The notes under the pieces: generated by a model | The model's input: the letters and a program-made list of their open reading frames with translations, nothing else | What the model was told of the DNA's origin: nothing | The model's database searches: none | NCBI GenBank assembly: GCA_951406725.2 | Contig: OX597830.1 | Coordinates: forward strand, 47,306,001 to 47,370,000 | Reading direction: 5' to 3' | From: Octopus vulgaris | Lineage: Eukaryota | Length of the DNA: 64,000 nucleotides | Program-made: the position numbers and the translations under genes | Shown here: one piece after another, positions 39,742-53,728 of the stretch | Numbering within the stretch: position 1 is the first letter of the stretch | Layout: each line of letters opens with the position of its first letter

Positions 39742-41243
39742 CACGCGAGCACTATGTCTTATTTCAAAGTATATTGGCCTAAAATGTAAACGTAGATGAG
39801 GATACTAATTAATGGACAGTGCTTTCAAATAAAAATACCTTGTGGTATTTGTTCAAGCTCAGTTGCTTAAATACCAGATGCTCCCTTATCCCTCTTGCCT
39901 TTTAAACATACAGTGACCAAGAGGGTCACCAGTTGGTAACCAATGATGCTGTTGTTCACAAGAATATGGTAAGATAAAAGAGGAAGTTAAAAAGAAGCAT
40001 ATTGCATGGTTATGAGAGGAGTAAATGAGTCTGGAGACAAACGGCTCATGGTAGAAGGAACCGTAGCAGGAGCGGGGTTCTACATTGGTCAGTAGAAATG
40101 GATGGTAGTCAATGATTGGAATGAGAAAGTCATTTCACAGAGATTCTACATCAGGTTATATTGGCAGCAGTAAGATGAAGACTGAGGTAAGGGTTGGGAC
40201 CAAAATGGTCCAGAAGGAGTCAAAAGGAAGATAAAAGTGCAACTGAGTGATTACTTCTTAAAAAAGAATTGGTAGAGATTCTTAAGAATACTTTTTCTAA
40301 AGAATCAATAAGATAAAGAAATAAAAATTTATGGGAAGAAATAATAATGATTTGTTAGATCTACATAAGGAAGGGAATTTCTTGGAGTGAGGAGAAAAGT
40401 CTGTTGTACAGATCCTCAGTTCTTCGTTGGTGTTTTACCAATCCCAAGAAATATAATACAAACCAAGGGACATAACTCAATATGATAAAGCATTTAGTGA
40501 GAAGCTTGACACAGTCTTCCAATCCACCCCACACTCCATCCAAGTGAAGAAATAATTCCCAACATTGATACAGATTTATAGGTGAGGGCAGGGAGAGTGT
40601 ATGGTCAGGTGAATCAATTCCAACATATAATTGGTATTTACTTCACAAAATATTTAGCTCCCTTCCTCTAGATTCTGAATTTAAATCTTTCAATAAAGGC
40701 ATACCATTTCTAAGAGACCACCAAAAATTAAGCAGAGATTATTAATAAAAAATTTAAATAAATCGAAAAATAACTCAAAAACAAACAGAAATATAACATT
40801 ATATTATGAAATGGGAAAACATCATTTGACATTAAAAGTTCTTCAATATTCACTTCTACAGAACATTTCTTGTAGGTTTTGTCTCTGTCATGGTCTGGTA
40901 TCTCATTCCTGGAAGTCATTGGCAGCACCATCCTTGTTTGTTTTGTCAATTCTTACTTATTTCAAGACATTGCACAAACCAACATGGCACCAGACTTTTT
41001 ATTTATGTGAAATCCTCTTTGAGTGGCACGAAAACATTGTTATTGGATGGTGGGAATGTGAGACCAAATGAAGACATAGACGCAAGCACTCGTCTGATTT
41101 GCCAAACATCGGAGGCCAATGCCAAAGCAAATTTCTTAATCACACAGCCATGCCTGGAAGCTTCTTTAATAAAGACCAGCTGCATTTACCATTCCTGAGA
41201 AATACAACAGAACAGAAAGCAATGTGCAGAGACAGACAGACAG

Positions 41244-41285
<42 letters not shown>

Positions 41286-41476
41286 GTATACTGTCCCTGT
41301 GTGTCTAGTAATCAACAAGATCCAAATTAATGGCAATTGTCAAACTGAAAGGTAATGTAGATGGGAATATTGTAAAAGTCGCCTCCAAAGCAGAGATTAA
41401 CAGATTAAGATTCCAAAATATTGCAATTTTTTTTTCTCAAGCACAACTCCAGATAATACAGCAGTGAAATACTTAC

Positions 41477-41649
41477 AAAAATGAAAGGGAAAAATCTCCG
41501 ATAAAGGTTTCACTTTCCCGAACAAGAAATGTGCCATCACCTAAAGACTTGTATTGATGTAGTAGCCATTCAGCACGGTGCCGCCCACCTTCCAGTTTCC
41601 CATGGAACCATTTTTCACCAAAGTGAAGCTCATCACTAGAACAGTTTTG
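41477..41649 (-). CDS. PLCG: PLC-gamma exon, nSH2 first half: ...[13 protein letters not shown]...[19 protein letters not shown]
   Basis: atcag/GTAAG; SH2 WFHG and FLVRES motifs. Confidence 0.96.
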
Positions 41650-42503
41650 CTGATGTGAAAAAAAAAAAAAAAGCAGAAAAAAAATGGTCACAAAAATTAC
41701 AGGTAAACTTTTTTTATTTTGTTATTATATCTTGTATTTTTCTTTTCTTTTTTATTATTTTCATTATTTTGGATTTTCCTCAAATGTTTCTTTTCTTATA
41801 TCACAAAACGCAGCCGGCTCATGGAAGACATGCAAAGAAATGCTCCAAATCAACAAAGAATTGGCAAGAATTTTCTATAAACATTCACATAATCTGCATG
41901 GAATAGAATAAGGAAGCGCTGACCACCCAAAGGAATCTATGGAAGTTGAAGACATGGAACCAAGTGGTAGACTGATCTCCCAGGGAGATGACAATGGACT
42001 ATGTTGATTGAGGCTATGTGGTGCTGAGGAATACTCGGCCACACATGCAAATCTAATTAACTGTGCATTGGGTGGAGATCATGACAGAGAATGAGATTCT
42101 ATGGCATTCATTCAGATCTTTCTCCCATTTATACCAGCAAAGTCATCATCTTTTGCTCCTCACCCATCTTTGATACCCTTTTGTATTTCTATCATCCCCG
42201 AGTTACTTTACCCCTATCTCTCAAGATGAACAGGTAGACAGGTAGATGGATGGAATGATGGACACTCACACACACACAATGCTTTTGTTGTGTCTTCTCA
42301 TGATCATATGTAACACTTTGTTGATAAAAAATCTACTGTAACCAACAAATGTGAGATTTTGTGCCAATACGAGAAATTTAATACTATCTTTATCTCTGTC
42401 TTACTTTGTCGAAAATTTTATTTCAAAATCTCTAAATCTGATTAGCATTCCAATAAAGGGAGCTGAATGATACGTTTGGTGGATATAATTATAAGCATCT
42501 CAC

Positions 42504-42620
42504 CTCGGCACATAAACTGTTCTCTTCATCCTCTTGGTCTTCATCTTGTTCTGCTGCAGACGGATCTTCAGCGTAGAGCAATTTGGCTGTGGTTAATACA
42601 AATATATGTGGATGCCAAAC
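42504..42620 (-). CDS. PLCG: PLC-gamma exon, split PH N-half: VWHPHIFVLTTAKLLYAEDPSAAEQDEDQEDEENSLCAE
   Basis: ttcag/GTGAG; WxPHxFVLT motif. Confidence 0.93.
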
Positions 42621-42844
42621 CTGAAAATGGAGAAACTTGGTCACTGGAAGGAACATTTTATTCAACATAGAATGGTCAATCACAAGAAATTTCCAAGAAA
42701 TATGAAAGACATTCTGCTGTTTCTTTTTTACTTGTTTCAAACATTGACGAGTGTAGAATCTGGTGCTCATTTTATTGATTCTGTTTTAACACACACACAC
42801 ACAATCATAGACTAATATACTGAGTGTATAATAAAGATACTTAC

Positions 42845-42915
42845 ATGATCTATGGAATCTTCAAGATACATGATACCATTCTTTACAGAATTACTCAGAT
42901 CAGCCTCAATGTTAT
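42845..42915 (-). CDS. PLCG: PLC-gamma exon, split PH N-half: NIEADLSNSVKNGIMYLEDSIDH
   Basis: gtag/GTAAG; resembles human DISNSIKNGILYLED. Confidence 0.93.
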
Positions 42916-45158
42916 CTACAAGTGAAACACACAAAAAAATGGAAGTAATATTATCAGTAAATTGACCAAAGATATAAAATAATACAGAAACCTACTTTCA
43001 TACGCTGACAGATTCTTTTTTTTTTATAATTTGGTCCTCCACTATAATTACAGGAAGTTATTAGAGTAGATTAGAGATTATTCTAGTTTTAACAGTGTTA
43101 AATAATTGAGACACTTCAACCTCATTTAGGATGACAGGGAGCCAATGAGAGAGACTCTTCATGTCCTGGTCTGTTTTTCTGTACTAGCATGGGTTGGAAA
43201 GACCTTATGGCTTGATGCCTTTACTGTTGCCAACCCTTATCAGATTTTCAAGTAAAGGTTTTTTTAGGCCAAAAGCACAAAGCTACAGGACTTATTGTTC
43301 AAAGGGGATAAAAAATATGACCGTACAGACTTTTGCTCAAAACAGAAATGATAACAATCAGAGACACAGTCATGCACAATTACACGTATGCACACTTAGA
43401 TATGTGTAGGTGGGTGGGTGTGAGAGAGAGAGAGAGAGAGGGAGAGAGTTTTGCGTGTGTGTGTGTTATTCCTCCTCATCATTGTTTTACCATCCACTTT
43501 TCAACGCTTGCTTGGGTAAAACAATTTTGTTCAGACAGGTTCCCTTTTGACGAATGCTCTTCCTATCACCAAGCCTCCCAGTTTCCAAATAAGGTAATAT
43601 TCCCCCCCACCCCTCCATAGCCAGCAGGTTTCCACGAAAGTTTGGAAATGACATCATTTATACAATGGGGACGCTCGTTTAAAACAATCATGCAAAGCCA
43701 AGACAAGGAGACACCAATTCACACACACACACATACATACATACATGCACACACGCGCGATGGGCTTCTTTCAGTTTCCGTGTATCAAATCCAGTCACAA
43801 GGCTGTGGTCAGCCTGGAGCAATAGTATGCACAAAGTGACATGCAGTGAAACTGAACCCAGAATGAAGTGGTTGGCAAGCAAGCTCCTTAACTGCATGGC
43901 CATACTTACACTTGTGTATTATTTTTTATATCAGAAATGGTAAACAATAGAATTTTTGATTAATTACAGATTTCCACGGCAACGCTCACTGGGTGATGAT
44001 ATTTCTGATACCGTGACAAGGAAGTGTCTATAACTTGATGCAAAGCAAATATGTCAAGGAACATCATTTGTAAAGCAACATTTTTTTCCAACTGTCCTTG
44101 CCCTTGTTTCTATCCTCATTGATATACATCAGCAAACGATTAAAGTTAGAGGGGGATGTACTGAATGCCATTTCATTTCACTAACTTCTCATATCTATGG
44201 TATTGTAACGGTTGGGTTTACTAATTGATGTCAGCTCTCAACTCACAAGTTGTCACCAAATGACTGAGTTGTCACCAAGTGACTAACTGATTTTTGCTAG
44301 GGGGTTCAAGTTTTTATAACTATCCAGAAGGATAGACATATCTTTGAGAACAATAGATTTAGTTGGTAGTCTTGTTATCTAAATTCTAGCTTTTGGTGGC
44401 TTATAAGAGGTTAGAAAGGTCAAGTGGTGAAGACATTATTTCAGCCTAGTTAAGGCAATCTGGCAACTGAAAAACTATTGTGCCACCGTGAGAAAAGTTC
44501 TGTTGAACTGTTACTTGAAATTTGGCTATGGTGGATCGAATCCCCTTCATGCCTGCAAGATCCATCCAATATAGTATTATTGGTTATCAAGGCAGATTGC
44601 AATTCATAAGTCTCTGCTTTTGATTTCTGTCCATGTAGGCATTCACTCACTGGCAACAAAAATCTCTTGAGTTAGAATACTGCCAGTACCAGTAATGTGT
44701 TGAGGCTTGCAATTTCTAGATGGAATAACGATTTTTCAGGTTATTTCCCGCAGTAATGGACATTAAAAGAGTTATTTTACTGATAAGAAAATTTACAATT
44801 AAATATTAGTTTATAGGGACCATATAATGTGTAATGGTTCTTAACCATTTTTTGCCTAAGGATCCCTTTGGTTTCTATTTCACTCTCCTGGACCTCCACA
44901 GCCATTTTATGTATGATGAAAAAAAAAACTATTGTATTTTTATAATTTAAATATTATTAGGAATTGTATTAAAAATATTAAAATATTTCGTGAATTACAG
45001 ATAAGTTTTAACAACAAAATCTTAGATGGACGCTAGTTGAGAACCACAAGCGTAGACTATAAAAAGCTAACGAGAAACAACATTTAAGATAATGGCTAGT
45101 ACACTTTACAATCAGAAAGAATTTCTTTAAAAAAGGAAACGGAAAAACTTCAACTTAC

Positions 45159-45210
45159 TATCATCTGCGTTAACTACACATTCTTCGGCACCTTTTTGCA
45201 ATTTTTTGTT
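45159..45210 (-). CDS. PLCG: PLC-gamma exon: NKKLQKGAEECVVNADD
   Basis: tttag/GTAAG, phase 0-1; continues the K-(N/H)KKL motif. Confidence 0.85.
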
Positions 45211-45613
45211 CTAAAAATATAAAACAAGACAAAAAATTGAAAATAGAATTTGGCAGAAGGTTAGAAAGAACACACGCTACACGGAAGTACACAAAACAGC
45301 CAAGTCATCATCATCATCATCATTGTTTAATGTCCGTTTTCCATGCTGGCATGGGTTGGACAGTAGAGATTAATTCCAGGAATATTTTCTAAGTTGGCTG
45401 CAAATACTTATTAAGTCCTTCCATTAGAATAAACTCCTTAATAGCTACCAAGCTTATTAAAACATACACTGTATGGTGTCGTCTAGAATTGTCATCAGAG
45501 GTTTACTCTACAGCTCAACACAAGTTTTCTTTTTCTCTTTCGAAAGTGTAAATGCAAACGCCTAAAAGGAAATTGTTGTCACAAAGGGAGAAAAGATAAT
45601 AATTTTGACAAAC

Positions 45614-45696
45614 CTTCAGAAGGATCTTTTTACGTAGTTGATTAGGGGAGGGTAATTGCGTTTCATCTTTGTCAATAAAATCAACAAGTAAGTCAT
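45614..45696 (-). CDS. PLCG: PLC-gamma exon, end of X box: DLLVDFIDKDETQLPSPNQLRKKILLK
   Basis: ccag/GTTTG; LPSPNQLxxKILxK motif. Confidence 0.94.
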
Positions 45697-45847
45697 CTGG
45701 AAATATATGGAAAAGAAAAACAAAAAAACAGAGAGTAGAATATCAAACAGTGTCTTAAGATATTGAAAAAAATGTAGAGAAATAAGCAAAAATCCATGCT
45801 GGCGAGTAAAAATAGATGAAGAAGCTTAGAAACTTTAAATAACCCAC

Positions 45848-45933
45848 CCCGGAACATGTCTTTGAAAGCCATTGCCATCTTCCGCTGTTGTGGGAGTGTA
45901 CAGTGATTCTCTATTGATAAAATCAGGGGGTAA
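45848..45933 (-). CDS. PLCG: PLC-gamma exon, X box: YPLILSIENHCTLPQQRKMAMAFKDMFR
   Basis: ttcag acceptor, GTGGGT donor; YPxILSIExHC motif. Confidence 0.93.
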
Positions 45934-46798
45934 CTGAAATGAAAGGAAGGAAAAAAATTAACAATACTGTTAATAAAATAATACATGAACAGAAATAACT
46001 TTACTTGCATTAATATCATCATCATCATCGTTTAACGTCCGTTTTCCATGCTAGCATGGGTTGGATGGTTTGACTGGGGGCTCCAGTCTGATCTGGCAGT
46101 ATTTCTACAGCTGGATGCCCTTCCTAACGCCAACCACTCTGTGAGTGTAGTGGGTGCTTTTTACGTGCCAGGTGAGGCTGGCAACGGCCACAATCGGTTG
46201 GTGCTTTTTACATGCCACTGGCACGGAGATATATATATATATACATACATACATACATACACACACACACATACATATATTCCAACTTGTGACTGCAGAG
46301 AAGCTATTTTTGTAGCATCAAATCCCAGAGATAATCCTCATGGCCATGTTCTTTGCAGATGTTTAAAATCAGAAATCCATTTGAGATAAAACCCATTCTG
46401 CTATTTTGGCTAGAATTGCAGCAATGAACTTATATTGGAACAACCTGAAGATTTCGTCCCTTCACTTGGCAACAAAAGATGTCTTTTCTCTCTCAATAAT
46501 AAACAGCCACGAAGCTGACAGCCATCACATATTGATTTCATAAACCAGAAACACATGACAAACACTGAGTCAACAAGGGAACCTGTACATGGCTGCTCAA
46601 CTTGCTAGAAAAAACAGCTGAGTTCCCTTCAAATCGCACCCAGTCCTAAATGTATTATATCTGGAAAATGAGGCTAGATGGTCACAGTGGAAATACCTTT
46701 GATGAGGTCAGACTCAAGACTAAACGACATATTGCCAACAACAAGAAGAACAAGAACAACTTGAGGAAAGATTAGTAAATGGAAACGGAGTTACTTAC

Positions 46799-46919
46799 TC
46801 TGTTGTCACCCAGGCATGTTCAGCAATGGTTTTGAGGACATCAAGGAATTTTATTTTACTGGTTAATGTAAGGCCATGTGTTATGTGTGGGTAACCTTCA
46901 GGGCCATCCCAACAATCCA
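46799..46919 (-). CDS. PLCG: PLC-gamma exon, X box: DCWDGPEGYPHITHGLTLTSKIKFLDVLKTIAEHAWVTT
   Basis: ccag/GTAAG; DCWDG motif and second catalytic His (HGxT). Confidence 0.96.
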
Positions 46920-47437
46920 CTGGAAGATGAAAAAAACACGAATATCAGCTTCAACATCCATTCCATACAGTAAGGAACAATACCAACATACAATAAGGGA
47001 GCAGGGCTAGCATCAGTAGGGAATTGAGCTAAGGTGTGATAGGGAGCTAAATCTAGACGAAGTAGGGAGCTGGGTCAAATGATGGTAGTGGATTAGTTCT
47101 GACAGAAGTTTGAACAATGTTTGTAATAAATGCTGCTTGTATTTAATGGGATCAGTCATGTCAGACCCTTTCAGTCCATCTTAAAAAGGAACTTCTACAT
47201 GGTTAATTAACTTGCTAGAAATAACAGCCAAATCTCACTGAAACCACACTATCAGCTTTAAAATAGGGAGTTCAATGCATTAAGTGGTGCTCAATACACT
47301 GAAGCTCCAAAAAAAAAACATAGAATAGTTATTATGGTCAGAACAGCTGTGGTCAAAGGGTTTGCTTGATCCAAAACAGATTTGAGGATAAACAACAACA
47401 AGGTATAAGTGGAATGATAGAGAATAACATTACTTAC

Positions 47438-47523
47438 ATTCAATACACCGACAACCCATTCTCAAGCACCGGGCATAGGCTTCCACAGATGAGTCACTCC
47501 TTAATTGACAACCGGTTAAATAA
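47438..47523 (-). CDS. PLCG: PLC-gamma exon, X box: [28 protein letters not shown]
   Basis: gcag/GTAAG; [15 protein letters not shown] matches PLCG1 as I recall it. Confidence 0.96.
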
Positions 47524-47946
47524 CTGCAACAACAACAACAACATCATTACCATCAACAACAGTTAAATCCATCATCATCATCATCATCATTTAACATCTG
47601 TTTTCTATGCTGTAATGGTTTGACAGGAATTGGTAAAGGGCAAGAACTGAACCAAGTTCCAATTGTCTGCTTCGGCATGGTTTCAACAGCTGGATGCCCT
47701 TCCTAACATCAACCACTTTACAGGGTGTACTGATGGGCTTTTTTTTACATGGCACCAGCACAGAAGCCTTTTATGTGGTGTCAGAGTGGAAGCTCTATGC
47801 ATGGCACCAGCAGAGGAGCCTCTATATGTGGCACTGGCACGGGAGATTTTAACAAACACACTCGTACACATGTGTAAGTAGAGAAGTGCATATATGAGTG
47901 CCCAGAAAGGCAGTCGTCAGAGAGAAGCATCGAAATGTGTACTTAC

Positions 47947-48062
47947 GTGTTATGAGAAGAAGCAATCCAATAGTGAGACAAAGGGTGGTTCATGTCTTGC
48001 GTCACTTTGTCGTATTTTGCGTCCCAAACTTGATTTGGTTTAGAAAATAAATAATCTTCAAA
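47947..48062 (-). CDS. PLCG: PLC-gamma exon, start of X box: [14 protein letters not shown]...[16 protein letters not shown](T)
   Basis: acag/GTAAG; PI-PLC SSHNT catalytic His motif. Confidence 0.96.
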
Positions 48063-48738
48063 CTGTGAAGAAAACAACGAAAATAAATTAAATTAAATGC
48101 GAGTGTGGCAAGTGTGTGTGTATGTATGTATAAGTGTGTGTATTTATATATAAATATATATATATATATATATGTATACAGTAATATCTCACTTTTCGAG
48201 GACCTGGTTTTACGAGTTTTTAAGAGTTTTATTTTCTGTTTACGAATTTTCACTTTACAAACATTCTCTGGGAATGAATTAACTCATATATTGAGGTATT
48301 ACTGTACATATATATATATATATATATGTATATGTATATAAATATATATATATGTATATGTATATATATTTCTTTATTGCCCACAGGGGGCTAAACAAGG
48401 ACAGACAAAGCGATTATGTTGATTACATCGACCCCAGTGTGTAACTGGTACTTATTTAATTGACCCTGAAAGGATGAAAGGCAAAGTTGACCTTGGTGGA
48501 ATGAGAACTCAAAATGTAACGGCAGACAAAATACTGCTAAGCATTTTGGCTGGCATGCTAACGATTCTGCCAGCTCCCCGCCATATATATAATAGAAATA
48601 TGTTTCAAAAAAGAAAATAGAAACTACACGTGGAAAAGATATAGGGAAAGTAAGAAGAAAAAAGTGAAAATGCACATTGGATATCGTCAATTACTGTTCA
48701 CTGGCTTTGAATGCACACTGATTATATATATATATATA

Positions 48739-49677
48739 TCAGGTTATCCCATAAGTTCTGTCCGAATTTTAAAAAAGAAAACATGTGATCAAATTTTACC
48801 AGTGAGCGGGTCTTTTTTTCTTCAAAACTTGGTTCAAACGCTAAAATTGCTGACAGTAGACTTGAGCATTGATTGTTGCATTAGGTGGTAACAATTCAAA
48901 GTGAATTACTCCTTTGCGATCCTATCAGATAGAGAGAAGAACCTTTTCCCCATGAAGTTCCATTCTCGGTTGTGGTTGAGCTTTTTCCCTTTTACCAAAC
49001 CACTGTTTACGACGTTTAACATTCCGATAGAAGATACATTTTTCATCACCAGTCACACGTTTATCCAAAAGAGGTGAAATGAGTTTGCGCGAATGGAGAG
49101 AAGAGCAGATGTCAATTTGGGATTTGCAGTTGCTTTCTGACAATTCATGAGGCACCCATTTTCCAAGTTTAGGAATCTTTCCAAGTTGTTGAAGATGACG
49201 ATGAACAGTTGTATAGTTTGAACTAAGCTTTATTGCCAACTCTTCAACTGATAATGCAGGATTTTCCTCAAGTAATGCCTCAAGGAGCTTATCATCAAAC
49301 TCAACAGGATATCCTGTTCGATCTTCATCTTCAAGGCTGAAATCTCCACTTCTGAATTTTTCAAACCATCTTCTGCAAGTTCTTTCATTCAAGCATTCTT
49401 TCCCATAAGCTGAGTGTATTTTTCGAGTCTCTTTGGCAGAGTTTCCTTTTTAGTACTCATAAAGTACCTCAAATGCTCTTTGGATACATCCAATTTAAAA
49501 AAGGTTTTAATCAAAGAAATTTTAATTCTATTATTCTGTAAAATAATATTTAATTGGTTTAAATCTTCATAAATGCATAAAAATAATTCTTAATTCCATT
49601 AGACATTCTAAAATACTTTTAAATTTCATTCAATTTTAAAAAAGGTAAAATCAGACAGAACTTATGGGAAGACCTGA
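48739..49677 (-). mobile_element. Internally deleted mariner transposon
   Basis: TIRs TCAGGTTATCCCATAAGTTCTGTC / GACAGAACTTATGGGAAGACCTGA; ORF 48925-49392 has WF.KFRSG..SLED..R.G, WVPHEL and VTGDEK motifs. Confidence 0.9.
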
Positions 49678-49755
49678 TGTTTATGTTTTGTTCCTTTATA
49701 CCTGGCTATGTCACAACAGTGTTGCACGTTTGTACATGCAAACTCTACAACTAAC

Positions 49756-49857
49756 CTCTTGTTCAGTAAAATAAGGCTCAGCAGCTGCTCTCACTGCATC
49801 GTCCAGGTGAGTTTTCATGATGTCTTTCACAACATTGATATCATTGGCACTTGAATC
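49756..49857 (-). CDS. PLCG: PLC-gamma exon: DSSANDINVVKDIMKTHLDDAVRAAAEPYFTEQE
   Basis: ttcag/GTTAG, 102 nt phase 0-0; EPYF motif as in PLCG1. Confidence 0.9.
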
Positions 49858-50329
49858 CTGAAAATAAGTTTAAAAAATAAATTTTTCATTAAAAGTTGAA
49901 ACAAAAATAAAATCAATCGAACGTTAATATGTTTTTACATTAAACTTAGTCTAAGGGAAAGGTCAGTATTGAACAGTCTTTGTGGGGCCTGCAACAATGC
50001 CAGAAGGAACAAAGTTGTCTTCAACCCAACAACCTGGCTAGAATGCTTTGCAACAGGTTAAACTCTGCTAAAGTTACCCAAAGACCAGGAACTTCTGTTT
50101 GCTAACCAACAGATTAAATCAACCATCAAAGAAGGCTATGGAAGGATCTGAACTTAGAAAGCAAAGGACTGAAAGAAATACCTCAAGGTATCCTACTCGC
50201 CATTCCAATTCTAACAAGTCTGACCAGTAGATTATTTATTAACCCCAGAAGGCAAACAATAAAAATTTCTTGAATGGGATTTGAATTCAGAATGTAACAA
50301 TCTGGATTGAACAACACAAGGTATTTTGT

Positions 50330-50368
<39 letters not shown>

Positions 50369-50849
50369 TAGGCTTCATTTAGTTTCCATCAATCAACTCT
50401 ACCCGAAAAGCTTTGGCAGGCCTGGGGCCATAGTAAAAGACACCTGTTCGAAGTGCTGCACAGTGAGATTGAACCCAGCATAAGTAACACAAAGAACGAC
50501 CCTTCATCAGTTGTCGGCTGTCTATCTACTCCTCATTTCGAACATTCAACAACAATATGCAACTTCGAAGACAGTTGCTCCCATAAATTCCAAAATAAAA
50601 TTAGGGATTTATGGAGGGTCAAAGTTGGGAACAAAACTAGGACAGTGGAGACATACAAGGAAACCAAACGAAAACAAACAAGGAGGGTTGTTAAACCAGA
50701 ACAAGAGGAAAATAGTGAATTCTGGGAGAAATATTTTCTTTGAAAAGAGGAAAGAGAGGGAAAGAAGATGTCCAGTCCTTAGAATGTCATGGATTAGAAG
50801 TATTCTGACTTCTATTTTTAGCGAAGCCGGTGCTCATGTAGTACCCCCA

Positions 50850-50896
<47 letters not shown>

Positions 50897-51347
50897 ATGT
50901 ATATCTCTTATTATAAAAGGCAGATTTTATCTGCCTCCCTTTGGGAGTTATACAAATCTACAATATAGGATTTCTTCAATTACAATTTACCTGGCATTTT
51001 TAAGAGTACAATGCATCGCGTCATGCCAGGTCCAGTTTTTAAAATTTAAACTCCAATTAAGCAAAATTTACAGAAAACTCACATTCTGGTGTGTGTGTCA
51101 AATGCTTTTCTTAGTCTGGTTTACACCACACGCAAACGCACACACACAGTGGGCAACGAATAAAATGAAAGTAAATAGCGGACAGAGTGATTTGAGGAAG
51201 ACTAAAGTGAAAGTATTCTGTCTATGACGATGATAGATACATGAGTAAAATGTATGGGAAGCTAAGAGCTAAGAGTGAGTGAAAATGTTCTTGGAAGAGA
51301 GTAATTAGTAATAAAGTAAACATACACTCATACATACATACATACAT

Positions 51348-51386
<39 letters not shown>

Positions 51387-51436
51387 CATACACACACACA
51401 CATACATACACACACATACATACATACATACATACA

Positions 51437-51468
<32 letters not shown>

Positions 51469-51679
51469 CATACATACATACACACACACACATACACACA
51501 CACACAGTATTGAAGCTTGAGAACAATCAGATACATTTGCAACACATCTGTTGAAAATATTATTGTTCACACACATACATATACATATATACATACAGAC
51601 AGACAGACAGATAGACACACACACACACATGATCCAGCATGGCCACAACCTCAAGGCTGAAACATATAAAAGAATAACA

Positions 51680-52045
51680 GAATATAAATGTGTGCAAAGT
51701 ACAAGAAATATTAATGCAGTATATGGGGATTGGACAATAAGCGTAAGGCAGTGTCAATGGTGGTTCCAGAAATCCCGAGCCATAAACTACAGCCTAGAAG
51801 ACGAGCCTCATCCTGAAAGATCTGTAGAACTCGACAAGGACATCCTGAAAACCCTGGTGGAACAAAATATCATCGTAACTGTTGAGGAACTAGCAGAGAA
51901 GCTTGGATTTGGTCATTCAACCATTCATTGACACCTGTGTGCTATCGGAAAAGTCAGCAAATTGGGTCAATGGGTTCCTCACGAACTTTCCGAGTCTAAT
52001 TGCATGCAGAGAGTGAATGTATGCTTTTCTTTGCTGTCATATCTC
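51680..52045 (+). mobile_element. Mariner transposase fragment (decayed)
   Basis: INAVYG...WFQK..SLEDEP..TVEELAEKL, stop, then KLGQWVPHEL. Confidence 0.8.
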
Positions 52046-52066
52046 ACCACTACTGCGCTATGTATA

Positions 52067-52704
52067 TCTATATATATAAAACTGTAGTTGTGTGAGTGTC
52101 TGTCCCCTTCGATTTAGATTCCTAACTACTCCCACATTTTGCGGTACAGTTTAACCAAATTCGGGTAGCTTATAGTCGTGATTCATATCGAGCCCGTCTG
52201 AATATTAGCGCGCGTCTACGATGAGTCTACGATTTTAAAAATAATTTAACATCATTTTTTATTCCATTTTAATGCCTAATTTTTCGTGTGTCGATGGCGG
52301 CGGAGTTGGCGTCCACGCTCACACCTGCACCTGTGGGGAAGGGAGTGTAAGGAAATCAACGTCGTAATGCGTTGTCAAGGAGACCAGTGTTCTTTTAGAA
52401 CAACGACTTCATGGCTTCAAGACACCAAAAGAGAAATGGCTAAGAAAGCGTCTACATGAGTCTACGATTTAAAAAAAAATTTACCATCGTTTTTTTTCCA
52501 TTTTAATGCATTTTTTTCGCTATTATATAAGGGAAGTAACTCTCTAAAAATGTCTACGATGAGTCAACGATTTTTAAAAAAATTTACCATCATATTTTTT
52601 CCATTTTTAATGCATTTTTTGCTATTTTTTGGCTATAACTCTCTAAAAATGCTTATATAGTTATTTCCCTTACAAACCCGAGCAACGCCGGGCGATACTG
52701 CTAG
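52067..52704 (+). mobile_element. Non-autonomous Helitron with internal tandem repeats
   Basis: A|TC 5' end; essentially the same 3' end CCCGAGCAACGCCGGGCGATACTGCTAG|T as the 28393 copy; three internal copies of gagtctacgattt...ccattttaatgc. Confidence 0.78.
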
Positions 52705-53534
52705 TTTATATATAATTATTAATTTTGCCTCTATGGCTGTATTCTTGCAGCCATTAATGATATTATTTTTAGAAATAATATCGTTCTTTTATATCTATGA
52801 ATCATTTCACAAGGTTAATTTGTTTCAGTGGTGTTCAACCACTCAAATGAATTTACAGGCATGACGCTAGCAAATTCTAGTAGCTGTCCCTGGCCGATTT
52901 GACTGAGGAGAATCGGGCACCTTTGGAACTAAATTCAAAATCATGATATCAAATTAACTGACATTCCTTGTACATCCTTGGCGGAGGGAAGATGCTATTC
53001 TTGTTCATTAAAATTTGTTTTCAATCATACCTGCATTAATTTAGTGATTCTTCTGGGGCTTAGAAGTATTTTGACTCCTATTTTTAGCAAAGCTGGTGCT
53101 CATGTTGTACCCTAACTAGGCTGTATACTCGCAGCCACTAATGTGGTTATTTTTAGAAATAATACCATTCTTTTATTTGGTTGTGTGTGTGTGTGCGCGT
53201 GTGTGTGTGTGTGTGTGTGTGTACGTATGTATGTGTACGTATGTATTTGACAGCTGATGTTGGTGTGTTTAAGTCCCCATGAAATAGCGGTTCGGCAAAA
53301 GAGACCAATAGAATAAGTGCTAGGCTTACAAAGATTAAGTCCAGGGGGTCAATTTGTTTGACTAGAGGCAATGCTCCAGCATGGCCACAGTCAAATGACA
53401 GAAACAAGTATAAGAATGAAAGAATAAAAGAATCGCATGAGGCACACACACACAGAATGAATCCATTTCAAACTCTGACAACTCTCTTTTGTTTGTTTTT
53501 TTTATTAATAGAAAACCTTTGTGGAAATACTCAC

Positions 53535-53583
53535 TCTTTGTTCTTGTAGCAAAAATAGTTGAAAATTTTCAGGTGACATGGTT
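53535..53583 (-). CDS. PLCG: PLC-gamma exon, EF-like: TMSPENFQLFLLQEQR
   Basis: ttcag/GTGAG, phase 2-0; FxxFLxxEQ motif typical of PLC EF region. Confidence 0.88.
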
Positions 53584-53663
53584 CTGAAAATGAGAACAGA
53601 AAAACCAAAAGTAAGTGTAAATGTCAGACATTGTGTGTATGTGTGAGTGTGATTATGTGTGTG

Positions 53664-53728
<65 letters not shown>

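Noticed and set aside
50511-51227. Longest ORF in the track (238 aa)
   Set aside because: Runs through unrelated repeat fragments and a (TA)n tract; no recognisable domain.
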